Part shown: positions 47,401 through 57,090 of the stretch, one piece after another
Numbering within the stretch: position 1 is the first letter of the stretch
How the letters are laid out: each line of letters begins with the position of its first letter
Source of the DNA: a virus
Virus record (IMG/VR): IMGVR_UViG_3300031951_000060
Span: 1-64,000 of that record
Reading direction: 5' to 3' (one strand)
Length of the DNA stretch: 64,000 nucleotides
The notes under the pieces: generated by a model
Database searches by the model: none
What the model saw: only the letters and a program-made list of their open reading frames with translations
Told to the model about the DNA's origin: nothing
Position numbers and translations under genes: made by a program

Positions 47401-48886
47401 AGAGGCACCATTAAACTTTGTTTCATATCAATATAAGCCACTTAACAATAAGTATAAGCATTTTGGAACAAGGATGAGAGTTATAGGCAAAATTGAGGTT
47501 AGTGAGACAAAAGAGCAGACCCCAATAAATGCTACCCCTTATTATGTATTACCAGGAACTCAGCCTAACCAACAATTAAATATTGCTGGAGGGTCTGGCG
47601 GTATTGCAGTGATGCTTAATCCGAGTACTAACGTAGGATATTATTTTGAAATTGTTGCACTAACTGAAAAAAATGTTAGTGAATATTCGGCAGACATAGA
47701 TAATTTGCACAATGTTATTTTTTATAAAGTTTATGCAAACTCAGAGGGCAAGGCAATCCCTATTAAACTGTGGGGAGGACTCAGCAACATAATTGTTGAT
47801 GACGGCAAATTTACTGGTCAGGCAAGAATGATGGGGGAACAAAATCCAACTGTATATGATCTTGCCGTAGAGTATCAGGATATTGGAAGCACGAGAAGGT
47901 TTTATCTGTATATTAATAATAATCTTGTTAAGGTTATTGATGACTCTTCTCCTTTGCCTGTTTATAACAATGTTGCTCTTTTTGTTCGTGGTGGGTCAAG
48001 GTGTATGTTTGAAAATATTTACGCATTGGCAAATAACTATAGCCAAAATACTTCTTTTTCTTTAGAAACACCAGTATCAGCAGCCTTTGGCGATGACCAC
48101 ATAACAGCAAATGAATCATTTAGAAAGTATGCAATGTCTGGCATGGTTCAGTCAACCTATCTATCAGGAATTAATCCAGGACAGCCACCATCTTTTAATA
48201 TTTATTTTGATGAATTTGGTACAATAATGAGAGAAGCGGCTTATTTAAAGGTTAAATATGATAAGGCATATCCAGCATTATATGCTCAATTATCTCCAAC
48301 CTTCAATAGAATAAAAGGATACACAGTTTCTGGATTTAGGGCAGGCTCATATGGGGCAGAATTTTTAGTATTTAATGCTACCGATACATCTTTAAATTTA
48401 GACGAAACTAGTGGAAATTATTTAAGAATTCAAGGAATTACCTTTACGCAAGAATCAACTAATCAGTTAACAGTTGATGCCTATTTTGCAAAAAATGCTA
48501 ATTTTTCTGATCCAGAATTAAGCAAAAGCGGAACCATAATATCTCCGATTCGTGCTGCACTTGATTATGATAAAATAAAAACAAGCAGATTAACATATGG
48601 TAAAAAAGAATTTTCATTAGAGACTCCATATGTTCAATCTAACGATGATGCTAATGATTTAATGGCTTGGATGACCAATAAGATATTAAGACCAAGGAAA
48701 AACGTGGGGGTTAGAATTTTTGCTAATCCAATGATTCAGTTGGGTGATGTTGTAAACATTAATTATAAGGACGACCTTGGTAATGATATAATTGCATCAA
48801 GCGATAAAAGGTTTGTGGTCTATCATATAGACTATAATAAAAAATATCAGGGACCAGAGATGGTTCTCTATTTGAGTGAGGTATAG
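44492..48886 (+). CDS. Large tail tip/hub protein
   Basis: 1464 aa after Dit; C-terminal NPMIQLGDVV.I motif typical of hub proteins. Confidence 0.6.
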   Translation: MFQAEELKLHLESSSTIRTQTAIIAEWNMNIANNIFRIGNYRYRPSSDSSDKYKIIPNTFDVNDLGNFYTGATDADIIIDGGVSPEDNDQPWFLFPQNKKNKMLYSLEDCFKKFRPRSGINKAVYFPGRKLHHSNLNMSNRPRYYMADKNDNFKYWTSFRTDSGTLRGIANKPLNGQQYIDDAAPFVVYDNPVPSNRVIIKMQTNVGSVDLGPFSNSSGSFSDPLYGEQNKTTPVKWKVQSLQNNNWVDIISFNSGSRRRNGTPIIKSDGYVELSYGLKVPEKYRDYFVRAEEYTHEDFLPEKSINGYAYLIKENEEDLGVYHIWFNSAWETFTPEYGWLLEEETVDRLTNFVTNFVDPFKFISDSDGRSIFREFEYIKGLRIVVDTMNKVDSTFDLIELSPRLSADITDTVVGFDVSKTASDLGASGLPVGQLLASTGTINIFDYNNSFNENNTNSIISPYTSQNIQIKFYDVVVNVDGYDYFVPIKTMYSEGFPSYSHSDRKVDLTLRDLYFYFESLKAPEMLVTNVSLSYAISLLLDSVGFSNYVFKRINGEKELIIPFFYIPPDKTVAEILNDLAISSQTAMFFDEYNNFVMMSKNYMLPDVSQRDIDITLRGSDDFIDSGVIENKNKNISLTNIVDISSEDRNVYNDGVINYSTRYIQRSYGSIKQASMIDNEVAAKNWIYKPALLWEVSGDQNIRSINNEVSDQSSYNLAAIPLNSNLTSAVPEVVGNRLTNNVIDLGEAVYWLGRYNGYLYANGEIIKFDAVQYNIPGAEKNIIKEELNGTISYTTQTVGAVGNVWISSNQEYQDYMSKLVFNGKIYPTGLVRIYAEPKYEDINGITVMKNGPVTTHGRGQFGTEIVEHSAGLSNEWKSDSFVRGVNMESKHLFGLTNGDILDNSAIASKSLTTGVAGANNTKAKDNTRSSIIKNFLSYSYLNESQNNTNKSTQAGSVQSSALVMAGPSFSTTEAPLNFVSYQYKPLNNKYKHFGTRMRVIGKIEVSETKEQTPINATPYYVLPGTQPNQQLNIAGGSGGIAVMLNPSTNVGYYFEIVALTEKNVSEYSADIDNLHNVIFYKVYANSEGKAIPIKLWGGLSNIIVDDGKFTGQARMMGEQNPTVYDLAVEYQDIGSTRRFYLYINNNLVKVIDDSSPLPVYNNVALFVRGGSRCMFENIYALANNYSQNTSFSLETPVSAAFGDDHITANESFRKYAMSGMVQSTYLSGINPGQPPSFNIYFDEFGTIMREAAYLKVKYDKAYPALYAQLSPTFNRIKGYTVSGFRAGSYGAEFLVFNATDTSLNLDETSGNYLRIQGITFTQESTNQLTVDAYFAKNANFSDPELSKSGTIISPIRAALDYDKIKTSRLTYGKKEFSLETPYVQSNDDANDLMAWMTNKILRPRKNVGVRIFANPMIQLGDVVNINYKDDLGNDIIASSDKRFVVYHIDYNKKYQGPEMVLYLSEV

Positions 48887-48888
48887 TA

Positions 48889-49392
48889 ATGTCAGTTAAT
48901 AGTACTCCAAGTTTGCCACAAGGAACTGCATCACAGTCAGGATCTGCAACTTCTGCAATTAAGCCAGCAACTCCAGATATTATACTATTTGATGACGAAT
49001 CCACTCCAATAGAAATAATGACAGACCTTATATTTGAAAATATAGGTGGTCAGGAGTTAGTTAACATATTAAGGTCTGATATTATAAATGGACAAAATGT
49101 TGTGTATCAGCCAATTAAAAATCTAACAAACTTATACTTTCAATATAATCCCCAAAATATTTTAGCATTACAAGATGTAGATTATAATTATTTTAAAAAA
49201 TTTCCAATTAATTTTTCTACCAAGGTACCAGAGTATGGGACTGGGCCAGAGGGGGCTATAGTTTATATTGACCCAGTCACTGGAGATTTAGTAATAAATG
49301 TTGTTAATTTGGCAAGAGATGAGCAGGTAGAGGTATCAATAGTCGCAGATGGCTCGATACTTGATGATACAATATATGAGGTGAATCAATGA
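48889..49392 (+). CDS. Minor tail protein
   Basis: Coupled ORF in the tail-tip cluster. Confidence 0.45.
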   Translation: MSVNSTPSLPQGTASQSGSATSAIKPATPDIILFDDESTPIEIMTDLIFENIGGQELVNILRSDIINGQNVVYQPIKNLTNLYFQYNPQNILALQDVDYNYFKKFPINFSTKVPEYGTGPEGAIVYIDPVTGDLVINVVNLARDEQVEVSIVADGSILDDTIYEVNQ

Positions 49393-50522
49393 TTACAAAT
49401 ATAGGCAAAGGTATATTGGCAAAGTATCTTATAGGGCAGGCGCCAGCATATGCGTCTTATCTTGCCATAGGCTGTGGAGCAAAGCCACTACCGTCTAACC
49501 ATAACTTTACAGAGGCCGAACTCGCTGCTTATTTTGCCAAACAGTCATTAGATTTTGAAATGTTTCGTGTTCCAATTACGTCAAGAGGGTATGTAAATGA
49601 AAATGGAAGCAATAAGATAGTTTTAACGGCAGAATTGCCAACAGACGAAAGATACGAAATAACCGAGGTTGGAATTTACTCAGCAGGCGCAAATCCATCT
49701 GCTGGTGCTTATGATAGTAGATCTCTTTTTGCATTTACAGTAAATGAAAACTGGGAATATCATAATGAGAGCACTGCAACAGAGTTACCAATTGTTTATG
49801 AACCATTAGATGGCTCAAACAATGACAATATTATAAATCAAACATATAAGGCTTTTCAGACCAATTCAGACAATCGACTTTTTACTAACTCTGATAGAAT
49901 TGCTAGATATGAAAGAGCAAGGTTTTATAATAACGTAGTAATGCTAAGAGGAGATCTTTCTAATCTGTCAGTGTCTGGCGATCATTTAGATTTTTCTACA
50001 GGGTCAAACCACATTCATCTACTTGGAACTTCACTAGATTTTAATAAAAATGCACCAACAGATGAGGTTAAGTTAGCATTTTGTATCATCAATAAAGATC
50101 CAGATCCATCAATTATTCCAGATGAGGTAAGAATACTTTTAGAATTTGCAGAAAGTGACTCACCAGGAAATGGTCAGTGGGCTAGATTTGAAATTGTGAT
50201 GTCTGCTGACGATTATGATTTTTCAGAAAATCGATATTATGTAATTACAAAACAATTACAAGAACTTTATAAGAGTACTGGATTCACTTGGAATAATGTC
50301 AGTATTATTAAATTTTACACTACAGTAATTAAAAATAATGTTGCATCATCTGATTTTTATATAGGTCTTGATGCCGTTAGGTTTGAAAATATATCAACAA
50401 CTAATCCAGTATATGGTTTGACTGGATATACTGTTTTAAAAAATACAAATGCTGAAACAGTAGTCAAGGCTGCGAACACAAGTAATTATGTTGAGTTTAG
50501 ATTTGCAATGGATGTGCAATAA
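49389..50522 (+). CDS. Minor tail/baseplate protein
   Basis: MITNIGK...YLAIGCG...ITEVGIY pattern of fibre-anchoring baseplate proteins. Confidence 0.55.
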   Translation: MITNIGKGILAKYLIGQAPAYASYLAIGCGAKPLPSNHNFTEAELAAYFAKQSLDFEMFRVPITSRGYVNENGSNKIVLTAELPTDERYEITEVGIYSAGANPSAGAYDSRSLFAFTVNENWEYHNESTATELPIVYEPLDGSNNDNIINQTYKAFQTNSDNRLFTNSDRIARYERARFYNNVVMLRGDLSNLSVSGDHLDFSTGSNHIHLLGTSLDFNKNAPTDEVKLAFCIINKDPDPSIIPDEVRILLEFAESDSPGNGQWARFEIVMSADDYDFSENRYYVITKQLQELYKSTGFTWNNVSIIKFYTTVIKNNVASSDFYIGLDAVRFENISTTNPVYGLTGYTVLKNTNAETVVKAANTSNYVEFRFAMDVQ

Positions 50523-50962
50523 TGCCAACACCAGATCAAGGCATTAAAAAAGTAATTATTCCTAAAGCCAAACTTCCTGGATTCTTTGGAGAAAACAGAA
50601 AATATATACTTAGATATAGACTTATATCAGAAGATAAAAATAGAACGTCTCATTGGTCCCCAGCATATAAAATAGTAACCGAAGATACTCCGTCAGAAAT
50701 TTTAAATAGTATGGTTATAGATACTGCAAATAGGATAATTAACCTTACCTGGGAACCACAGAATAATATGGAAGAATATTTTATTTATGTTAAATGGAAT
50801 AATGCTGGATGGCAATATTATGGTAAAACTTCACAAACAAACTACTCTATTGTATATAACTCAGAAAGAACATATGTTCATGTTGCTGTTCAAGCAAAAA
50901 CTATCCCATTAGAAAGATTTGCAGATGCCATTTTATTTGAAAACGAAGGCGATCTGGTATAA
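50522..50962 (+). CDS. Minor tail protein, FN3/Ig-like
   Basis: YRLISEDKNRTSHWSP and INLTWEP beta-sandwich cues. Confidence 0.45.
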   Translation: MPTPDQGIKKVIIPKAKLPGFFGENRKYILRYRLISEDKNRTSHWSPAYKIVTEDTPSEILNSMVIDTANRIINLTWEPQNNMEEYFIYVKWNNAGWQYYGKTSQTNYSIVYNSERTYVHVAVQAKTIPLERFADAILFENEGDLV

Positions 50963-50978
50963 TTAGATAGGAGAAATT

Positions 50979-51422
50979 ATGGCAAAAATACCATCACCAG
51001 AACCAGGGCAACCAATAGACGTTGCGTATATAGATCAAATCGTTAGGTCAATTAATGATCTTTCTGTTCAAGTGTCTCCAGCAATCTATAAGTATGTTAC
51101 AGTAGATGTTCCAAACTTCACATCTCAAAGTGCTAAGATTTCTGAAACAAGAGTTATTGCTGGATACGTTGATGTTGTAAAAAGTGGAAATCAAAGTGTA
51201 GGAAGTCAGCATCCATTTTCATATCCATTTAAACCAGAGTTTAAGTATCCTCCAATAGTTACAGCAACCCCAGTCAATATAGGTGGAACTGAGGCAGGAC
51301 GAAATGTTCACGTTGTAATTAAATCTATCACTACTTCAAGAGTTGATGGTGTAGTTAATTTTAATTCTACTGGAGATGTTTCTATCGGCGTTAATTTAAT
51401 TATCGTCGGCATACCTAATTAA
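50979..51422 (+). CDS. Minor tail protein with H-type-lectin-like C-terminus
   Basis: YPFKPEFKYPPIVTAT...SITTS...VNLIIVG pattern; TGGTATAAT promoter at 50955. Confidence 0.45.
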   Translation: MAKIPSPEPGQPIDVAYIDQIVRSINDLSVQVSPAIYKYVTVDVPNFTSQSAKISETRVIAGYVDVVKSGNQSVGSQHPFSYPFKPEFKYPPIVTATPVNIGGTEAGRNVHVVIKSITTSRVDGVVNFNSTGDVSIGVNLIIVGIPN

Positions 51423-51613
51423 TGATAAAATGCAAAAAGTGTTTACGAAATATGATGATAGACAGAGTCTACAGTTCCATATCTCATTTAGAAATATATT
51501 GTTTTATATGTGGATCAAGACGTTTTTTTCATCCACCATCTGATTCGGAGGAAGGAAGATGGCTACTAAAAAAGGAAATAGAACGAGCGAAGACTACAAC
51601 AGCGCCCCTATAA
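51422..51613 (+). CDS. Small Zn-ribbon protein
   Basis: CKKC...CFICG. Confidence 0.6.
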   Translation: MIKCKKCLRNMMIDRVYSSISHLEIYCFICGSRRFFHPPSDSEEGRWLLKKEIERAKTTTAPL

Positions 51614-52101
51614 TTTCAGGTAATAAAAAGGTATGGTTTTTAAATAATGATCTCATAAGGGTGGTTCATTATAACAGATCAAATGGCATTATGTCAATTT
51701 ATAATATAACCAAAGATAGGGTAGAAAGTTGTCTAATCAGCGATTTTAAAAATAAAAGAGAAAGAGCGTATACTGTCGGAGAAACTGCTGATTTAGTTAA
51801 TCGTCATAAAAAATATATGCCTTCATTAATGAAACGTGGAATTATTCCGTTTCCAACAGGCTCACAAAAAGGTGGCGCAAGAGGGTGGCAAGTAAGAAGT
51901 TATTATTCGGAGTCGCAAGTTAGAGAGATCCGTGATATACTGGCTACATACCATATTGGTAGACCGAGAAAAGATAATTTAATAACAAATGATATTACGC
52001 CCACAAAGGCTGAGTTGACACGCAGAATGGGCGATGGTATACTTACATATACAAAGACTGAAGATGGACGATTTATTCCTATTTGGTCAGAATCAATTTA
52101 A
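51559..52101 (+). CDS. MerR-like helix-turn-helix DNA-binding protein
   Basis: YTVGETADLVNRH...RGIIPFP...RSYYSESQV winged-HTH pattern. Confidence 0.6.
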   Translation: MATKKGNRTSEDYNSAPIISGNKKVWFLNNDLIRVVHYNRSNGIMSIYNITKDRVESCLISDFKNKRERAYTVGETADLVNRHKKYMPSLMKRGIIPFPTGSQKGGARGWQVRSYYSESQVREIRDILATYHIGRPRKDNLITNDITPTKAELTRRMGDGILTYTKTEDGRFIPIWSESI

Positions 52102-52110
52102 CAGAAGGGT

Positions 52111-52323
52111 ATGAAAATGGAAGATACGAAAGTATCAGTAACGCTTGGATATACACTAAATCTTGGAAACTTTCAATCTTTAAGGCTTGACCTTGGGGTT
52201 GTAGACTCTAAGCGTGATGGCGAGAATACAGATCAAGCATTTGAGCGTGTTTATAAGTTTGTTGAAGATAAACTCGCAGCAAAAATCTCAGAAGCAAAGG
52301 CTGAACTAGAAGAAAGCAATTAG
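52111..52323 (+). CDS. Hypothetical phage protein
   Basis: TLNLGNFQSLRLD motif followed by a helical C-terminus. Confidence 0.55.
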   Translation: MKMEDTKVSVTLGYTLNLGNFQSLRLDLGVVDSKRDGENTDQAFERVYKFVEDKLAAKISEAKAELEESN

Positions 52324-52324
52324 T

Positions 52325-52633
52325 GTGACAGACAAACAGAAGCGATTGGCTCTGTTGAGTAGGTTTGATAAACACTATCAGTTTAAACTAGGACAGAAGC
52401 CACAATATAATAAGTGGATTGAACAGTGGTCTGCTGATGCACTCATCGAGTCTTACGGCATGGATCTTTGCTACGAACTTCTTGAATATTATTTTGAGGT
52501 TACGGAAAATCCAACATGGAATCATTTTGCATATGTGGCACATGATATACTGGAAGCAAAAGAGCAATATGCTAAAGACATAAAAGAACGATCAGAACGC
52601 AGACAAAAGGCTAAGGAGTGGTTGAGTGAATAA
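52325..52633 (+). CDS. Hypothetical protein (possible helicase loader/initiator partner)
   Basis: Overlaps the start of the helicase gene; helical. Confidence 0.45.
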   Translation: MTDKQKRLALLSRFDKHYQFKLGQKPQYNKWIEQWSADALIESYGMDLCYELLEYYFEVTENPTWNHFAYVAHDILEAKEQYAKDIKERSERRQKAKEWLSE

Positions 52634-53852
52634 TACAGAATCAAAATTAATCTCAGCCGTGCTAAAAGATAAGCAGGCTCATGTATTGCTTCAGGCCAAT
52701 GTAGAAAATATTTTAACTACTCATGTCGATGTCTGGCAGTTTATTAGAAAATATTATGAGGCAAATGCTACTGTTCCACCAACAGAATTAGTTGTAGAGA
52801 AGTTTAGAGATTTTGAACCCATAGGCGGAGTTGGTGCAACTAAGCATCATCTTGAAGAATTACAGGCAGAATATTTAACCAATAGTCTAAAAGATATTAT
52901 TAGATCTGCAGCAACAGATGTTCAGGGTGGACAGGGTCTAGATGCTCTAGAGTCTCTAATTACTAAGACGGCAGAACTTAGAAAAAATACAGCAGCAATT
53001 CGTGATATTGATGTGACAGATTTAGATTCTGCTGTTGCATATTTTGAAAACCTTAAAAAACAACAAGAGGCTGGAGCACTAGGAATCAAGACTGGCCTCC
53101 CAGGATTCGATAACTACCTACCCTCTGGGATCATGCCAGGGCAGTTAGGAGTCTTCCTTGCATATCCAGGCATAGGAAAGTCATGGCTGTCTCTCTATTT
53201 TGCTGTACAGGCTTGGAAACAGGGTCGTAGCCCAATGATCATAAGCCTTGAAATGTCTGAGGTTGAAGTTCGTAACCGTGTATTTGCAATTATGGGAGAG
53301 GGAGTATGGTCCCATAGAAGGTTAAGCGCTGGCCAGGTTGAGATGGATATGCTAAAGTCTTGGCACACTAAACACGTTAGTGGTAAGCCAGAATTTCATA
53401 TTATCTCAAACGACACTGGTGGTGATATTACACCATTAGTATTGCGTGGAAAGATTGATCAATACAAGCCAGATTTTGTTATTGTTGACTATTTACAATT
53501 GATGTCCCCTAATCAAAAGTCTGACAATGAAACTATTCGCATGAAGAACCTTTCTCGTGAATTAAAACTAATGGCAATTGCAGAAGAGGTGCCAATTATT
53601 GCTATCTCATCTGCTACCCCTGATGATGTTACTAAACTTGAAACCGTGCCAACCCTTGGTCAAACTGCATGGTCTCGTCAGATTGCTTATGATGCGGACT
53701 GGGTACTTGCGCTGGGTAGAGGAAATAATAGCGATATTATTGAATGTGTATTCCGCAAGAATCGTAACGGTTTTATGGGAGAATTCTTGGTTCAGGCTGA
53801 TTTTGACAAGGGATACTATAGATATAAGGATTATGAAGATAAGTCAGTATAA
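52626..53852 (+). CDS. dnaB: DnaB-like replicative helicase
   Basis: AYPGIGKS Walker A, ISLEMS, VIVDYLQLM Walker B, KNRNG motif. Confidence 0.9.
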   Translation: MNNTESKLISAVLKDKQAHVLLQANVENILTTHVDVWQFIRKYYEANATVPPTELVVEKFRDFEPIGGVGATKHHLEELQAEYLTNSLKDIIRSAATDVQGGQGLDALESLITKTAELRKNTAAIRDIDVTDLDSAVAYFENLKKQQEAGALGIKTGLPGFDNYLPSGIMPGQLGVFLAYPGIGKSWLSLYFAVQAWKQGRSPMIISLEMSEVEVRNRVFAIMGEGVWSHRRLSAGQVEMDMLKSWHTKHVSGKPEFHIISNDTGGDITPLVLRGKIDQYKPDFVIVDYLQLMSPNQKSDNETIRMKNLSRELKLMAIAEEVPIIAISSATPDDVTKLETVPTLGQTAWSRQIAYDADWVLALGRGNNSDIIECVFRKNRNGFMGEFLVQADFDKGYYRYKDYEDKSV

Positions 53853-53860
53853 TATGTCCC

Positions 53861-54187
53861 ATGGAGACATATCAGCACAAGCCAATAAAAAGGTTTGCCT
53901 TAGATGGAGTAATCAATGATGACTCTGCTATATACAGATTACAGCAGGAATATATCAGGTTACTCGTATCAGAGATGCGGTTATCAGGATATGCTCCACG
54001 ATTTGACATTGACCCACAATTTACATTATCATATAACGAAGCCAAAAACTATTTTGAATTTAAATTAAGCGTATACGGAATATATGTCGGGAGAAAAAAG
54101 AGCGAATGGATACTAGGAATAGACGGAGCCAAGCCAATATATACACAGCCAACCAAATTAAAAGAGTACTCGCAGGATCTGGCTTAA
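53861..54187 (+). CDS. Hypothetical protein
   Basis: 108-aa ORF; ATG 7 nt after TATAAT. Confidence 0.55.
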   Translation: METYQHKPIKRFALDGVINDDSAIYRLQQEYIRLLVSEMRLSGYAPRFDIDPQFTLSYNEAKNYFEFKLSVYGIYVGRKKSEWILGIDGAKPIYTQPTKLKEYSQDLA

Positions 54188-55050
54188 ATATAGAAAAAGA
54201 GGCTGAGTCTGAATATATTGTCTTTTGTCCTTTTCATGCTAACCATAGAACTCCAGCAGGAGAAATAAATAAATTTAGTGGGCTTTTCTTTTGTTTTTCT
54301 TGCAGCAAGGTTGCAGATTTAGTAGAGTTAGTTATGCATTGTTCAAATAGAACCTATTTCGAGTCTGTTAGATTTATTAAGAGTAAAGAAATAGAAACAG
54401 ATATTTTATCTGACGTTACTCAAAAATTAATAGATAAAGAAGAGTGGAAGGAGTTTGACCACTCTCTTATAGATAAACTTAATAGCCAGGCATTGTCGGA
54501 TAATCGTGCTATTGAATATTTTAATAAAAGAAAATTAACCAAAGAGTCTATAGTAAAATTTAAATTGGGATATTCGTTGTCTCAAGATATGGTAACTATT
54601 CCAGTTCACAATCATGAGAACCTCTGCGTTGGCTTTGTTGCTAGATCTATAGAGGGTAAAGATTTTAAAAATACCCCAGGTCTCCCAAAGTCAAAACTAC
54701 TATTTAATTTAAATAGAATAAAAACAGCAAGCCGTGTCTATGTTGTAGAATCATCTTTTGATGCCATTAGGCTTGATCAGGTCGGAATGCCAGCAGTCGC
54801 AACATTAGGGGCAAATATTTCCACAAAGCAGGTCGACTTATTGAAAAAATATTTTACTGATATAATGGTTATAGCAGATAACGATGATGCTGGAGACAAC
54901 ATGAAAGATAAATTATTATCCAGATTTGGATCTAGCATTACATTTATTGCTTTAGATAAAAGATATAAGGACATAGGAGAAATGGAGGATGAAGAGATAA
55001 AAATGCTTGATTACTCTTTTGATAAAAGCATAATGTCTCTTTTACAATAA
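54106..55050 (+). CDS. dnaG: DNA primase (CHC2 Zn finger + Toprim)
   Basis: CPFH...FCFSC Zn finger; VVESSFDA and IADNDDAG Toprim motifs. Confidence 0.88.
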   Translation: MDTRNRRSQANIYTANQIKRVLAGSGLNIEKEAESEYIVFCPFHANHRTPAGEINKFSGLFFCFSCSKVADLVELVMHCSNRTYFESVRFIKSKEIETDILSDVTQKLIDKEEWKEFDHSLIDKLNSQALSDNRAIEYFNKRKLTKESIVKFKLGYSLSQDMVTIPVHNHENLCVGFVARSIEGKDFKNTPGLPKSKLLFNLNRIKTASRVYVVESSFDAIRLDQVGMPAVATLGANISTKQVDLLKKYFTDIMVIADNDDAGDNMKDKLLSRFGSSITFIALDKRYKDIGEMEDEEIKMLDYSFDKSIMSLLQ

Positions 55051-55051
55051 T

Positions 55052-55576
55052 ATGTTATTAGAATCAGTTCCAAGTGGTCATACAATTATAAATGTTTTCA
55101 TGCAAAATCCAAAAAGATTTATGCCGCTACTTTCATTTGCACAAAACATTTTAAGGGAAGACTCTTTTTTAAGTTCTACAGATAGAGAAATAATTGCTAC
55201 GTTTACATCCAGTTTAAATAAATGTAAGTTCTGTACTGGATCACACCGAATTTTTGCTATTTCTGTAGGGGCAGATGAAAGTCAGATAGATAAGATAATC
55301 AATCAAGACTATCAAGATTTAAAGTTGGCTCCAATATTAGACTATGTTAAAAAATTAACACTAGAGCCATCTGAACTTAGCCAAGAGGATGTTTCTCGTG
55401 TTTATAATGCTGGATATTCTGAAGATGAATTAAAAGATGCAATAACAGTTTGTGCAGCATTTAATCTTTTTAATAGAATTGTTGAGGGGCATGGAGTAGA
55501 AGAAAATTCAGAAACATGGCTACCTTCAGCAGAAGAAATTAATAAGTTTGGCTATGATAGGAGTAAGGCTAATTAG
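55052..55576 (+). CDS. AhpD/carboxymuconolactone decarboxylase-family peroxidase-like protein
   Basis: REIIATFTSSLNKCKFCTGSH (E...N.CxxC...H) and FNLFNRIV motifs. Confidence 0.8.
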   Translation: MLLESVPSGHTIINVFMQNPKRFMPLLSFAQNILREDSFLSSTDREIIATFTSSLNKCKFCTGSHRIFAISVGADESQIDKIINQDYQDLKLAPILDYVKKLTLEPSELSQEDVSRVYNAGYSEDELKDAITVCAAFNLFNRIVEGHGVEENSETWLPSAEEINKFGYDRSKAN

Positions 55577-55591
55577 TTTAGCATATAAACT

Positions 55592-57037
55592 ATGAATATA
55601 ATTATTGCAGGCGGAGGTACGGCTGGTTGGATTGCTGCTTATTTTATTAATAATGCTCAACCAAATATGCATAACATTACAGTCATTGAATCTTCTCAGA
55701 TAGGCATTGTCGGTGCAGGAGAGGCTGCTGCTGGATCTTTGTTTGAATTATTGGATGGTGGATTTTTTAATAAAAAAATACCTATTCAGGATTTTATTAA
55801 TAGCACAGATGCAACTACAAAGATGGGGATTAGACATACAAATTGGGCTGGTAAAAATGAATCTTATTTTGCTCCTATTGACCTAAGTCCTACAACACAA
55901 AAAAATATAGATTATATTTTTAACTATGTACTACATAAGTATGGTCCATCTAAAATTCATCTCGCCTCTAGACTTGGAATTCGTTATGAAAATAACCAAT
56001 TCGATAGAGGCAATGGATTACATTTTGACGGCCACAAAGTTGGCAAGTTTTTTAAAGAACATACGATAGGAAAGAATGTTTCTGTCATAGATGCAAAAAT
56101 ATTAAAGGTTAATATAGGTGCAGATGGCAGGATTGAATCTTTATTCCTAGATAACGACCAAACCATTGAAGGCGATCTTTTTATAGATTGCACTGGTTTT
56201 AGGCGTGTATTAATTAGCGAAACAGATGCAAAGTGGAAATCAGTTTCAGATATTTTAACAGTTAATTCCGCAATGCCGTTTATTGAACCATATGCTGATA
56301 ATAATAATTTTATTCCAGAAACTGGGGCAACCGCTTTAAGTTCTGGCTGGATGTTTGATATTCCACTAAAAACACGCAGAGGTATGGGATATATATATGA
56401 TAATAACTTTATATCTGATGATGATGCTAAACTTGAATTAGAAGAGAAAATTGGACATGAGGTAGAGCCAATTAAAATTATTAGGTTCGACACTGGATAT
56501 TTCGAAAAATCATGGAATAAAAATGTTTTGTCTTTAGGACTTGCCTCTTCATTTTTAGAGCCATTAGAGGCTACATCAATTCATAATACTATTGCTCAGT
56601 TGCATGTTTTTGTCAATCACTTTTTTAATGGTCATCTTCAGTCAATTAACAATGAACTAAGTCAACAGATGTACAATAAGTTAATATCAAGACTAAACGA
56701 AACAAGTATTGATTTTATTTCTTTGCACTATCAAGGCAAAAGAAATGATTCAGAATTTTGGCAAAATATATATCATAACAATCTTGCAACAGATACTGTA
56801 AAAGAGATAGTTAATGTTTGTCAGTATAGAATCCCCACTATAGCAATATATGATGGAGTTATAGGATCCTACGGAATACCTCTTGCAAAATGGAATATGG
56901 TTGGTCTTGGGCTAATCAATGAAGAGCAGGCATTGACAGAATTAATGATGTCTGATACACTAGATATTGCTAAGACTGAATACGATATTTTTAGAAATAC
57001 AGTATTAAGTAAAATGCAAATTCTAAAGTCTACTTGA
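55592..57037 (+). CDS. Tryptophan-halogenase-family flavin-dependent enzyme
   Basis: GGGTAGW, IVGAGEA, FIDCTGF, GWMFDIP (WxWxIP variant), FLEPLEATSI. Confidence 0.85.
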   Translation: MNIIIAGGGTAGWIAAYFINNAQPNMHNITVIESSQIGIVGAGEAAAGSLFELLDGGFFNKKIPIQDFINSTDATTKMGIRHTNWAGKNESYFAPIDLSPTTQKNIDYIFNYVLHKYGPSKIHLASRLGIRYENNQFDRGNGLHFDGHKVGKFFKEHTIGKNVSVIDAKILKVNIGADGRIESLFLDNDQTIEGDLFIDCTGFRRVLISETDAKWKSVSDILTVNSAMPFIEPYADNNNFIPETGATALSSGWMFDIPLKTRRGMGYIYDNNFISDDDAKLELEEKIGHEVEPIKIIRFDTGYFEKSWNKNVLSLGLASSFLEPLEATSIHNTIAQLHVFVNHFFNGHLQSINNELSQQMYNKLISRLNETSIDFISLHYQGKRNDSEFWQNIYHNNLATDTVKEIVNVCQYRIPTIAIYDGVIGSYGIPLAKWNMVGLGLINEEQALTELMMSDTLDIAKTEYDIFRNTVLSKMQILKST

Positions 57038-57062
57038 CAAACAAGTAATTCTTTAGTATACT
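57034..57062 (+). promoter_or_regulatory. Near-consensus sigma70 promoter for the SSB-DnaE-RecA operon
   Basis: TTGACA-17 nt-TATACT; AAGGAG SD before ATG 57091. Confidence 0.75.
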
Positions 57063-57090
57063 TAAGTATAAAATAGATAAGGAGAAAACT

